This document shows positions 37,674 to 45,540 of a stretch of DNA of 64,000 nt, piece after piece; position 1 is the stretch's first letter, and the number at the start of each line of letters is the position of its first letter. Where the stretch lies: the NCBI GenBank assembly GCA_035577025.1, contig DATLVU010000045.1, forward strand, positions 3,727 through 67,726. Reading direction: 5' to 3'. A program made the translations under genes and the position numbers. The stretch is from Gemmatimonadales bacterium. Lineage in GTDB: Bacteria; Gemmatimonadota; Gemmatimonadetes; Gemmatimonadales; GWC2-71-9. The notes under the pieces are model-generated. The model was not told the origin of the DNA. It saw only the letters and a list, made by a program, of their open reading frames with translations, and did not search any database.

Positions 37674-38585
37674 ATGTCCATCAGACCGATCAAGTCGATC
37701 GTCCAATCGCAGCCCACTATCGAGGGTGCGGGCGTCAAGCTGCGCCGGGCGTTCGGCTTCGGCAAAACCAATGAGTTCGACCCCTTCCTTTTGCTCGACG
37801 ACTTTCGCAACGAGCATCCGGAGGACTACCTCGCGGGATTTCCGTGGCATCCGCATCGGGGGATCGAGACGATCACCTACGTGTTGAGCGGGACGGTCCA
37901 GCATGGGGACAGTCTGGGGAACCGCGGCGCGCTCGGCGCCGGGGACGTCCAATGGATGACCGCAGGATCCGGCATCCTCCACCAGGAGATGCCGCGTGGA
38001 GATGAGCGCGGCCGGATGCATGGATTCCAGCTCTGGGCCAACCTGCCCCGAACGCTCAAGATGACCGATCCCCGCTACCAGGACATCCTGGGCAAGGACA
38101 TCCCGGAGGTCATCGACGACGATGGAACGCGCGTACGTGTGGTCGCCGGGAGCTTCTGGGGGAAGACCGGCCCGGTGGAGGGCGTCGCCGCCGAGCCCCG
38201 CTACCTCGACGTGTCGATCCCGCCGGGCGTGCGCAAAACCCTGCCCGTCGAATCCTCACGTCATGCGTTCGCCTACGTTTTCGAGGGAAGCGGGAGCTTC
38301 CGGGATGCTTCGTCACCCCGCGGCGTGCTGACAGAGCGGGTGGGCGAAGGGGGCAATGACGCCCTGGTGCGTGACGACACGGGCAACCGGTCGCTCATTC
38401 TGTTCGACTCGGGCGATGAGATCACGGTTCGCGCGGGGGATCAGGGGATCCGGTTCTTGCTCGTCTCCGGGCGCCCGCTCGAAGAGCCGGTGGCGTGGGC
38501 GGGACCGATCGTGATGAACACTGAGCAGGAGCTCAGAAAGGCCTACGCCGAGCTGCGCGAGGGGACGTTCATCAAGCACCCCTAA
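37674..38585 (+). CDS. pirin family protein
   Basis: ATG at 37674 follows AGGAGG. It has GFPWHPHRGIETITYVLSG..QHGDSLGN. Confidence 0.9.
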   Translation: MSIRPIKSIVQSQPTIEGAGVKLRRAFGFGKTNEFDPFLLLDDFRNEHPEDYLAGFPWHPHRGIETITYVLSGTVQHGDSLGNRGALGAGDVQWMTAGSGILHQEMPRGDERGRMHGFQLWANLPRTLKMTDPRYQDILGKDIPEVIDDDGTRVRVVAGSFWGKTGPVEGVAAEPRYLDVSIPPGVRKTLPVESSRHAFAYVFEGSGSFRDASSPRGVLTERVGEGGNDALVRDDTGNRSLILFDSGDEITVRAGDQGIRFLLVSGRPLEEPVAWAGPIVMNTEQELRKAYAELREGTFIKHP

Positions 38586-38590
38586 CGTGA

Positions 38591-38618
38591 AACGAGGGGC
38601 CAAGATTGGCCCCTCGTT
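38591..38618. terminator. bidirectional terminator-like hairpin between convergent genes
   Basis: AACGAGGGGCC-AAGATT-GGCCCCTCGTT, a perfect 11-bp stem. It sits 5 nt after the pirin stop and 24 nt after the stop of the minus-strand gene. Confidence 0.6.
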
Positions 38619-38642
38619 GTCGCAACGTTCCGCGGTCGCGTG

Positions 38643-38999
38643 TTAGATGCCGTCGCCCTCGTGTCCGTTCCCGTTGCCATTGCCATTGCCACTGCCGTTG
38701 CCGTTCCCGTTACTGAAGACCTTCGAGCGTCCACCCGTCACGGCCAGCCAGCGCCGGCGCATCGCCGTCAGGTCGTCGAGCTGCTGCCGGAGCCTCGCGA
38801 CGTCGGCGTCCACCAGCTGAATCCGCCAATCGATGTACTGCTCCGCCTGATCGGGGGTCCAGTCGGCTGGACCTGTGAAGGTCAGGCGCTCCTTGACTGC
38901 ACCGTCGTGCCTGACGGGCAGGTCCTGCACGTCGAGCACGTCTACCTTCTCCAGAACATCCATCACTTTACGTCCCATCAGGTCAAGCTTCCGACCCAT
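38643..38999 (-). CDS. hypothetical 118-aa protein with a C-terminal (NG)n tail
   Basis: Strong SD (GGAGGAGGAGGA) upstream of the ATG and high third-position GC. The central coiled-coil-like segment is VDADVARLRQQLDDLTAMRRRW and the tail is SNGNGNGSGNGNGNGNGHEGDGI. I recognise no family. Confidence 0.6.
   Translation of the reverse strand: MGRKLDLMGRKVMDVLEKVDVLDVQDLPVRHDGAVKERLTFTGPADWTPDQAEQYIDWRIQLVDADVARLRQQLDDLTAMRRRWLAVTGGRSKVFSNGNGNGSGNGNGNGNGHEGDGI
38664..38711 (-). repeat. eight imperfect hexanucleotide repeats (CCGTTG/CCATTG type) encoding the (NG)n tail
   Basis: tccgtt cccgtt gccatt gccatt gccact gccgtt gccgtt cccgtt. Confidence 0.85.
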
Positions 39000-39039
39000 G
39001 CGGTCCTCCTCCTCCCGGCGGTTCCTCTAGGGCGCGTCG

Positions 39040-39082
39040 TGGCTATATATACTATAGAGACTATAGTGCACTGGCTATATAT
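39040..39082. promoter_or_regulatory. direct repeats in the AT-rich divergent control region
   Basis: TGGCTATATAT occurs at 39040-39050 and 39072-39082 (32-nt spacing). ACTATAG occurs at 39051-39057 and 39060-39066. Confidence 0.5.
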
Positions 39083-39106
39083 TACTCATCCACTTACTAT
39101 AATCAA
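39079..39106 (-). promoter_or_regulatory. sigma70-like promoter for the 118-aa gene (TTGATT-N16-TAATAT)
   Basis: The -35 is at 39106-39101 and the -10 at 39084-39079 on the minus strand. The -35 overlaps a plus-strand TATAAT (39098-39103) that lies 33 nt upstream of the HTH gene ATG. Confidence 0.45.
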
Positions 39107-39136
39107 GGGGTCCATCCCTTCCCGTAAGGAGAGTGC

Positions 39137-39412
39137 ATGCCGCGATATCGTGGTCAGGTGGTTCGCTACCGCCGTACAGGCGTGGTGCGCTTGCGGTTGC
39201 GTGAATTGTTGGAAGGACGGAGCGTGTCGCCCTACGGACTGAGCAAGTTCACCGGCTTGAGCCTCGCCACCGTATACCGGCTCACCAGACCCTCTGGGCG
39301 GTTCCGCTTGATTCGCGCCGATACGATCGAGCGCCTCTGTGGGGCGCTCCGAGTCAGTCCTAGCGAGCTATTCGACTACCGGAAACCAGCCGCCCGACCG
39401 GGCGATCAGTAG
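39137..39412 (+). CDS. XRE/Cro-type helix-turn-helix regulator
   Basis: SD AAGGAGAG precedes the ATG. The HTH is LRELLEGRSVSPYGLSKFTGLSLATVYRL, followed by ..IERLCGALRVSPSELF. Confidence 0.75.
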   Translation: MPRYRGQVVRYRRTGVVRLRLRELLEGRSVSPYGLSKFTGLSLATVYRLTRPSGRFRLIRADTIERLCGALRVSPSELFDYRKPAARPGDQ

Positions 39413-40761
39413 CGCACGTTGAGCCGCAGGGAGGCGACCGCGGCCGGTCCACGATCCTGGTTGTATCCCGGATTGTGGATCCACTGCACGTCGGGGCCGA
39501 CCTCTACATAGGGCCCCAGTTGGGCGCGGTAATACGCCTCGAAGATGCCCTCCGGACCGTAGCGCAGGCGCCCGTCCCCGAGGAGAAACCCCTGCCCTCC
39601 GGCGGCAAGGTACGCGCGATGGTCCGCCGAGAGCCCGTGCACCACGTACGCCAGGCCTACGCGATCCACCGGCCGCCGCCAGTGCGTGCCCGCGAGTTGT
39701 AATCCGCCGCTCAGGTGCCGGTCCGCCTCCGTGAACACGAAGTCCTCGGTACGGCCGTCGTTCCACCCGGCCCGCGCGAACAGTCCCGTCTCGCCGCTGT
39801 CGGCGAGCGGCTGCTCGACGTTCAAGCCTACTCCCACTTTGGTGCGGCCCGGGCGGTCGTCCGCGACGATGTCGGGCGTCGTCCCCAGGGCCGCGGCGCG
39901 GGTGAGCGCCTCCGCGTAGCTGCCCATGCGCGCGCGATTCTCGTACGCGAGGGCGCGGATGACGGTGCCATCGCGTCCGGGATGGATCGTGAGCTCGACA
40001 TTGTCGCCACGGGCGTGCGGAAAGCTCGAATCGAACACGTTGCCGTTGGCCATGGTCGGCATCGCGAACGAGCCGACGCGCAGCGCCCAGCGGGGCTCGA
40101 CCCAGGCGACGAGCGCCCCCCACGTGTACCCGCGGGTATCGGCTGCGAAGTCCCACGCCGTGTTATTGAACAGACCCCAATTCATGAACTGCGTGCGGGT
40201 CGCGTTGGCGTAACGGTTCTGGTCGAAGTCGTCCGACGCCGCGAGCTTGCCCGCCTTCACCTCCAGGCGCGCACTCGGCTCGACGCCCGGCAGCTGGTCG
40301 ATGCCCCGGACGAGCGTGTCTCCCGCCGTCCCGAGGGGAACGACGTATCGGACGATGATGCGCGCCAGGTACGGCCCTCGGCTCAGGTTGGCAGTGCCCT
40401 GCCGGATGACGTCGCCGTTCGTGATACCCGCGAGCCCCGTCGCATTGCTGATCCCGGCGCCCTGCGCCATCTCGACATCGAGGTACGCCTGGAGGTGCGC
40501 CAGCACGCGCGCGCCGAGATAGACCCCGTAGGTGTGCGTCGCCTTGGTGTCGCTGGCCGTGTCGAGGCTTTTGGGGCCGCTATAGAGCGCGGGGGACGGG
40601 AAGAGATGCTGGCCGATCACCGTCACCTGGGCGCCGAGCAGGGGTCCCTGGCCGGATGCGGGCACAAGGGGCCAGGCGAGGACCGGCAGCAGGATCAGAG
40701 CGCGAAAACGCACGCCATAGGATAGTATGCCTTCGTCCATTTGACGCGCGCTTGGCCGCAC
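39406..40761 (-). CDS. carbohydrate-selective porin, OprB family
   Basis: Signal peptide and a beta-barrel-like sequence ending in ..GYNQDRGPAAVASLRLNVRY. The start codon is uncertain. Confidence 0.8.
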   Translation of the reverse strand: MRPSARQMDEGILSYGVRFRALILLPVLAWPLVPASGQGPLLGAQVTVIGQHLFPSPALYSGPKSLDTASDTKATHTYGVYLGARVLAHLQAYLDVEMAQGAGISNATGLAGITNGDVIRQGTANLSRGPYLARIIVRYVVPLGTAGDTLVRGIDQLPGVEPSARLEVKAGKLAASDDFDQNRYANATRTQFMNWGLFNNTAWDFAADTRGYTWGALVAWVEPRWALRVGSFAMPTMANGNVFDSSFPHARGDNVELTIHPGRDGTVIRALAYENRARMGSYAEALTRAAALGTTPDIVADDRPGRTKVGVGLNVEQPLADSGETGLFARAGWNDGRTEDFVFTEADRHLSGGLQLAGTHWRRPVDRVGLAYVVHGLSADHRAYLAAGGQGFLLGDGRLRYGPEGIFEAYYRAQLGPYVEVGPDVQWIHNPGYNQDRGPAAVASLRLNVRY

Positions 40762-40808
40762 CGTATCTCAGCGTGAAACGCTCAACGATCCTGCTCGAGG
40801 AGGAGTGC

Positions 40809-42671
40809 ATGCCACGGCGTCCCAACGTCCTGGTCACGGTGCTCATCGCCACTCAGGTGGGGGCCCAGCAGCCGCCCGCGAAACCGGCGCTCGCCTATGA
40901 GGAAGTGATGATCCCGGTGCGCGACGGCGTGCACCTGCAGACGGTAATCCTGACGCCGACCGACAAGACGGGGCCGCTCCCGATTCTGTTCCGGCGTACG
41001 CCGTACGGCGTACCGGATGGCCCGATCGTGCAGATGCCGACGAGCCTCCGGGAGCTGGAGCAGGACGGTTACATCATCGTGCTCCAGAACTTGCGCGGCC
41101 GATTCAAGTCCGAAGGCGTCTTCAAGCTCACGTCGCAGGTCGACCTGACCGACTCGACGTCGACGAACGAGACGACGGACGCATACGACAGCATCGAGTG
41201 GCTGATCCACCATGTGCCGAACAACGGCAACATCGGGATGTTCGGCGTGTCGTACGATGGGTTGACCACGGCGATGGCCCTGTTGCACCCGCACCCGGCC
41301 CTGAAGGCGATCAGCGAGCAGGCGTCGCCGGTAGATCAGTGGATGAACGACGACATGCATCGCTACGGCGCGCTGCGGGAGAGTTACGCGTTCGAGTACT
41401 CCGTGCTCGAGCAGGCGGACAAGAACAAGAACACCAACTTTGCGTTCGAGACGTACGACACGTACTCCTGGTACCTGAGTCTCGGGCCGCTCTCGAACAT
41501 CAACGCCGGCTACCTGCACGGCTCCCTGCCCTTTTGGAACGACGTGGTGGCGCACCCCGATTACGACGAGTTCTGGAAGAAGGAAGCGTGGGTGAGCCAG
41601 CTGCACGCCTCGACGGTCCCGAACCTGAACGTCGCGGGGTTCTGGGATCAGGAAGACCCCTGGGGGCCGTGGCAGATCTTCCGCCACGCCGCCGAGCACG
41701 ATCCCGATCATACGAACTTCATGGTTGCCGGCCCGTGGTATCACGGCCAGTGGCGGGCACCAAAGGCCGACAGCATCGGGTTGATCGCGCTCGGCGGCCA
41801 CGAGACGGCGCGCGAATATCGTGAAACGATCGAGGCCCCCTTCTTCCGCTACTACCTCCACGGACAGGGCGAGAAGCCGACCTGGCGGGCGACGACCTTC
41901 CAGTCGGGGTCCAACCGTTGGCGGACCTACGCCGAGTGGCCGCCCAAGGACGCGAAGCCGACCAGCCTCTATCTGCACGCCGACGGCTCCCTGTCGTTCG
42001 AGGCGCCGCGGGGGCCTCGCGCGTACCGGGAGTACATCTCCGATCCCGCGAATCCTGTCCCCTACCGCCAGCGCCCGATCTCACCGACCTACCCCGGGGC
42101 CGATTGGCGCACCTGGGAGGTGCAGGACCAGCGGTTCGTGGACCAGCGGCCCGACGTCCTGACGTTCGTGAGCGCGCCGCTCGAGCACGACCTCACGATC
42201 ACGGGCGAGGTGGCCGCGGACCTGTTCGTGTCGACCTCGAGCACCGACGCCGACGTCGTGGTCAAGCTGATCGACGTCTATCCCGACAACGCGCAGCCGA
42301 ACGCCTGGGATGCCGATGCGGGCCCCGCGCCCGGGCAATTCGCGCGCTCCGTCAACGGGTACGAGCTGCCGATCGCCATGGAAGTCCGCCGGGGCCGCTA
42401 CCTCAAGAGCTACGAACGCCCGCAGGCGCTCCCCGCGAATACGCCGCTCGAGTGGAAGATCCCGTTGCGCGACCGCGATCACGTTTTTCTCAAGGGACAC
42501 CGGCTGATGGTGCAGGTACAATCGACCTGGTTCCCCGTGATCGACCGCAACCCGCAGAAGTTTGTGCCGAGCATCTACGCCGCGACCGCCGCCGACTTCG
42601 TCAAGGCGACGCAGCGCGTCTACTGCTCGGCCGCGCAGCCGTCACATCTCGTCCTCCCGGTAGTACAGTAG
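40809..42671 (+). CDS. CocE/NonD-family hydrolase (S15 X-Pro dipeptidyl-peptidase-like)
   Basis: ATG at 40809 follows GAGGAGGAG. It has a signal peptide, VRDGVHLQTVILTP, RTPYG and the nucleophile elbow GMFGVSYDG. Confidence 0.85.
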   Translation: MPRRPNVLVTVLIATQVGAQQPPAKPALAYEEVMIPVRDGVHLQTVILTPTDKTGPLPILFRRTPYGVPDGPIVQMPTSLRELEQDGYIIVLQNLRGRFKSEGVFKLTSQVDLTDSTSTNETTDAYDSIEWLIHHVPNNGNIGMFGVSYDGLTTAMALLHPHPALKAISEQASPVDQWMNDDMHRYGALRESYAFEYSVLEQADKNKNTNFAFETYDTYSWYLSLGPLSNINAGYLHGSLPFWNDVVAHPDYDEFWKKEAWVSQLHASTVPNLNVAGFWDQEDPWGPWQIFRHAAEHDPDHTNFMVAGPWYHGQWRAPKADSIGLIALGGHETAREYRETIEAPFFRYYLHGQGEKPTWRATTFQSGSNRWRTYAEWPPKDAKPTSLYLHADGSLSFEAPRGPRAYREYISDPANPVPYRQRPISPTYPGADWRTWEVQDQRFVDQRPDVLTFVSAPLEHDLTITGEVAADLFVSTSSTDADVVVKLIDVYPDNAQPNAWDADAGPAPGQFARSVNGYELPIAMEVRRGRYLKSYERPQALPANTPLEWKIPLRDRDHVFLKGHRLMVQVQSTWFPVIDRNPQKFVPSIYAATAADFVKATQRVYCSAAQPSHLVLPVVQ

Positions 42672-42674
42672 AGC

Positions 42675-43658
42675 CTAGAAGCGCCGGAAGGCCGCGAGCG
42701 CCGACCGGCAGTCGCGCGCCAGCCCCGGTTCGAGCGCCGAGCACAGCTCGAGCGCCTGGGCGTCCGAGTGATAGAAGTAGAGGAAGTCGAGCACCGCGCC
42801 CTTGACGCAGTTCGATCGCTGCTCGGGGCCGGCGCCCAGGCTGCATGTGGTGACCGTTCCCGGCACGCGGTTCAGGCTCACGGCAGCCGCGTCTCGCCCC
42901 ACGCTCTGATAACAGGTGGCGCGGAACGGCGTTTCGACCCCGGCGCAGAGCGCGAACACCTTCCGGAAATCCCCTCCCGTGGCGCCGAGCGCGTACGACG
43001 TCTGGTTCTCGAAACAGGAAACCTTGTACCGCGCGTCCACGGCCGTGCAGGGATAGAGGGGGTCCTCGGGCTTCAGATACCGGCTGAAGTGCCCGCCGTG
43101 CTCGCCGTCCACGATCAGATTCTCCATGAAGACGCCGTTGTGACACGCCTCCTGCTCGACGGTGCCCGTGAGCCCATCGCAATCCTTGAGGGCCTCGAAC
43201 AGCGAGTCGTCCCGCATCGCCATGATGCCGTGCCCCAGGCCGTGCACGCAGTTGTAGTACGCGAGGGAGTGACGCTCCTTGCCGGGCACGGCGGCGCAGG
43301 CGGAGTCCAGATTCGCGAGCAGTGTCGCGCGCCCCGCGCCCGCCGTGAAGCCCTGGAGCACGCCGTGATAGTAGCCCGAGGCGCAGAAATCGTCGCCGTG
43401 CGCGAACGCTTCGGGAATGCCTGAGTACTTCTGGAAGGCCGCCTGCCCGATGTGGTGCGTGATGGCGTGGCAGAGCACCTGTACGCGCTGGTCCGTCGGA
43501 TAGTGCGCCTTCAGATCCGTGAACGCCGCGGGCACACCCGCGCCGGCGACGATCGCGCTGTAATACGCGGCATAGCAATTGAACGACGGATCGTGCCTCT
43601 CCTGGCATGTGCCCTGGCGAGAACAGCCGAGGAGGCCCCCGGCCACGACGGCGACCAC
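42675..43658 (-). CDS. Cys-rich repeat lipoprotein, uncharacterised (true start probably upstream)
   Basis: Lipobox LLGC and 17 Cys. About eight units of 29-45 aa begin with a Cys (LCHAITHHIG, FCASGYYHGV, NCVHGLGHGI, ACHNGVFMEN, ...). Confidence 0.55.
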   Translation of the reverse strand: MVAVVAGGLLGCSRQGTCQERHDPSFNCYAAYYSAIVAGAGVPAAFTDLKAHYPTDQRVQVLCHAITHHIGQAAFQKYSGIPEAFAHGDDFCASGYYHGVLQGFTAGAGRATLLANLDSACAAVPGKERHSLAYYNCVHGLGHGIMAMRDDSLFEALKDCDGLTGTVEQEACHNGVFMENLIVDGEHGGHFSRYLKPEDPLYPCTAVDARYKVSCFENQTSYALGATGGDFRKVFALCAGVETPFRATCYQSVGRDAAAVSLNRVPGTVTTCSLGAGPEQRSNCVKGAVLDFLYFYHSDAQALELCSALEPGLARDCRSALAAFRRF

Positions 43659-43736
43659 GATGAGCGCACCGAGGCGCTCGGTCGTCGAGCGGTCGGCCAG
43701 TGTGATTCCGATCCGGGAGGGGCGCGGGGGGTCCAG

Positions 43737-44264
43737 CTACTTCCAGCCCATGCGCTCGCGAAGCGAGGTGATGTGCGCGGTGTGGTGCCTGCCGTGCCAG
43801 GAGTACTGGGCCAGCAGGTCGTCGACCGTGGGTGTGCCCCACTCCGCGTGCTTCGCGGTGCGCGCGAAATCGGCCGGAGTGAGGGTCTTGAGGAACAGCA
43901 CCCAGCGCCGGTGGAGGGCGGAGAGCAAGTCGAGCGAGATGTCGATGGGCGCGGTTCGGGCTTCGATGAGCTCGGCCCAGCGCGCCTCGTCGTAGGTCTT
44001 GAGGGTCGGGGTCTCCTCGGTGCACGCCAGCTTGAAGCGTGCATAGGCGTACATGTGGCTGTCCGGCACATGGTGCACGACCTGGCGCACCGTCCACCCA
44101 CCGGGTCGGTAGGGCGTATCGAGCTGGCGATCGTCGAGTCCCTCGACGGCGCGGCGGAGCCCGTCGGGCGCGGTGGCAATCTGCTCGATGCACGTCGCGC
44201 GCTGAGCGGGGGTCAGCGTTTTCACGAGTTTGAACTGCCCGATCGGGTACCGGAGGTCAGTCAT
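43737..44264 (-). CDS. DinB/YfiT-like metal-dependent hydrolase or thiol transferase family protein
   Basis: YPIGQF, WTVRQVVHHVPDSHM and WHGRHHTAHI histidine triad. Confidence 0.85.
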   Translation of the reverse strand: MTDLRYPIGQFKLVKTLTPAQRATCIEQIATAPDGLRRAVEGLDDRQLDTPYRPGGWTVRQVVHHVPDSHMYAYARFKLACTEETPTLKTYDEARWAELIEARTAPIDISLDLLSALHRRWVLFLKTLTPADFARTAKHAEWGTPTVDDLLAQYSWHGRHHTAHITSLRERMGWK

Positions 44265-45382
44265 GAGTGTGCGCGCGGCGTCCGTTGACGGGGAATCGGC
44301 AGCGTGACGGTGAACGTGGTGCCGCGCCGTATGGCCGAATCCACCTCCACCGTGCCGCCGAACATCTCCTCAGTAATCTGTCGCACGACCGTGAGTCCCG
44401 TGCCCGACCCCGAGCCGAATTCGCGCGTGGTGAATCCGGGCTCGAAGATCCGCTCCAACAGCTCGGGAGCGATCCCGACGCCGTTGTCGCGCACCGCGAG
44501 CCGCAGAGTCTCCCCGGTCTGCCCGAGGGTGACCACGACCGGCGTCTTGCGCTCCTGCGACGCGGAGACGGCGTTGCGGATCAGATTGGTGAGCACCTGA
44601 TACAGCGCGTTGGGGTCCCCCTGCAGGAACACCCCGCTCACGGTGATGATGCCCTGGAGCGCGATGCCGCGTTTGCGGGCGAGGGGCCGCTCGAGCGCCA
44701 CACACGAGCGAGCGACCTGCGCGGCGTCGAAGCGCTCGGAGCGCGCCAGCCCGCCGCGGGCGCGGTCCTGGATCGAACGCAGGAACTCGATCGCCTGCTC
44801 CATTCCCTCCCCCACCCCGCCCAGCTCCTCCAATAACTCGCCCCGAAACGTCGGCTCGAGCGAATCGGACGCCCGCACGAGCTCCAGGCAGAGGTCCAGG
44901 CTCGCCAGCGCCGCCGTGAGCGGGTTGGCGACTTCGTGCGCGATGACGCTCGGCTGTCGAATCAACTCGGCGAGCGCATCCGGCTCGGCGAGCCGGGGCG
45001 GGCGGCTTTGAGTGGAAAGCGGGTTCGCTTGGTCCACGAGGCCCAGGCAGAGTCCCGCGAGCTCCAGGGTGATGCGCTCCCGGCTGCGTCGCTCGACGCC
45101 ATCGGGCGGCGGCGCGGCCGGCTGCTTGCGCACGGGGGCCACGCACCATTCTCCGCCTCCATCCAGCCGGCACCCCACCCAGCTGCTTCCTTCGATGACC
45201 GGAGCCCCCCAGTGGTGGAGGGTGCGATCGACATCCAGCGCTGTGTCCTCCGGCGCGGGCCGCGCGGCGCTGGTGAGCACCGGCGCGACTTCGGCGCGTG
45301 AGGAAACCTGCCACAGCGTCACGGTGCGACCCTGTAGGGCCACGCTCGCCTGACGTAACACTTCGCTACGGCGCGCCTGCAC
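44261..45382 (-). CDS. cytoplasmic sensor histidine kinase
   Basis: H-box VIAHEVANPLTA, N-box LTNLIRNAVSA, G-boxes DNGVGI and GSGSGTGL. The start is uncertain (GTG at 45382 or further upstream). Its stop overlaps the downstream ATG (ATGA). Confidence 0.75.
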   Translation of the reverse strand: MQARRSEVLRQASVALQGRTVTLWQVSSRAEVAPVLTSAARPAPEDTALDVDRTLHHWGAPVIEGSSWVGCRLDGGGEWCVAPVRKQPAAPPPDGVERRSRERITLELAGLCLGLVDQANPLSTQSRPPRLAEPDALAELIRQPSVIAHEVANPLTAALASLDLCLELVRASDSLEPTFRGELLEELGGVGEGMEQAIEFLRSIQDRARGGLARSERFDAAQVARSCVALERPLARKRGIALQGIITVSGVFLQGDPNALYQVLTNLIRNAVSASQERKTPVVVTLGQTGETLRLAVRDNGVGIAPELLERIFEPGFTTREFGSGSGTGLTVVRQITEEMFGGTVEVDSAIRRGTTFTVTLPIPRQRTPRAHS

Positions 45383-45540
45383 AGAATCCGGAACCGTACG
45401 CGTCTCCAGCGAGAGGGGAAACAGAGCGCACGCGCCCGAAGCTGCACATTCTGCACTCCGCTTTAGGTTAGAGGCGTCGGCCCCGCTTCGATAGGGCGTT
45501 TTTGCGGCACGAACGGGTCCGAATGCGACACGTGAGCCCC

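Noticed and set aside
38664-39110. The short tandem and direct repeats here, and at 1387-1441, 51441-51500 and 60830-60943, considered as CRISPR arrays.
   Set aside because: Each has only two copies, or consists of coding hexamer/decamer units. There is no repeat-spacer periodicity of 25-40 nt repeats with unique spacers, and no cas genes in the window.
43734-43739. The YfiT-like gene and the Cys-rich lipoprotein ORF are in the same frame, separated by a single TAG. This raised the possibility of stop-codon read-through or a fusion protein.
   Set aside because: Sharing a frame has a 1-in-3 chance. The downstream protein starts with its own lipoprotein signal peptide, which makes no sense as an internal segment of a cytoplasmic DinB-fold protein.
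45442-45456. A CTGCAC-ATT-CTGCAC direct hexamer repeat upstream of the histidine kinase.
   Set aside because: It is too short to distinguish from chance, and the kinase start codon itself is uncertain.
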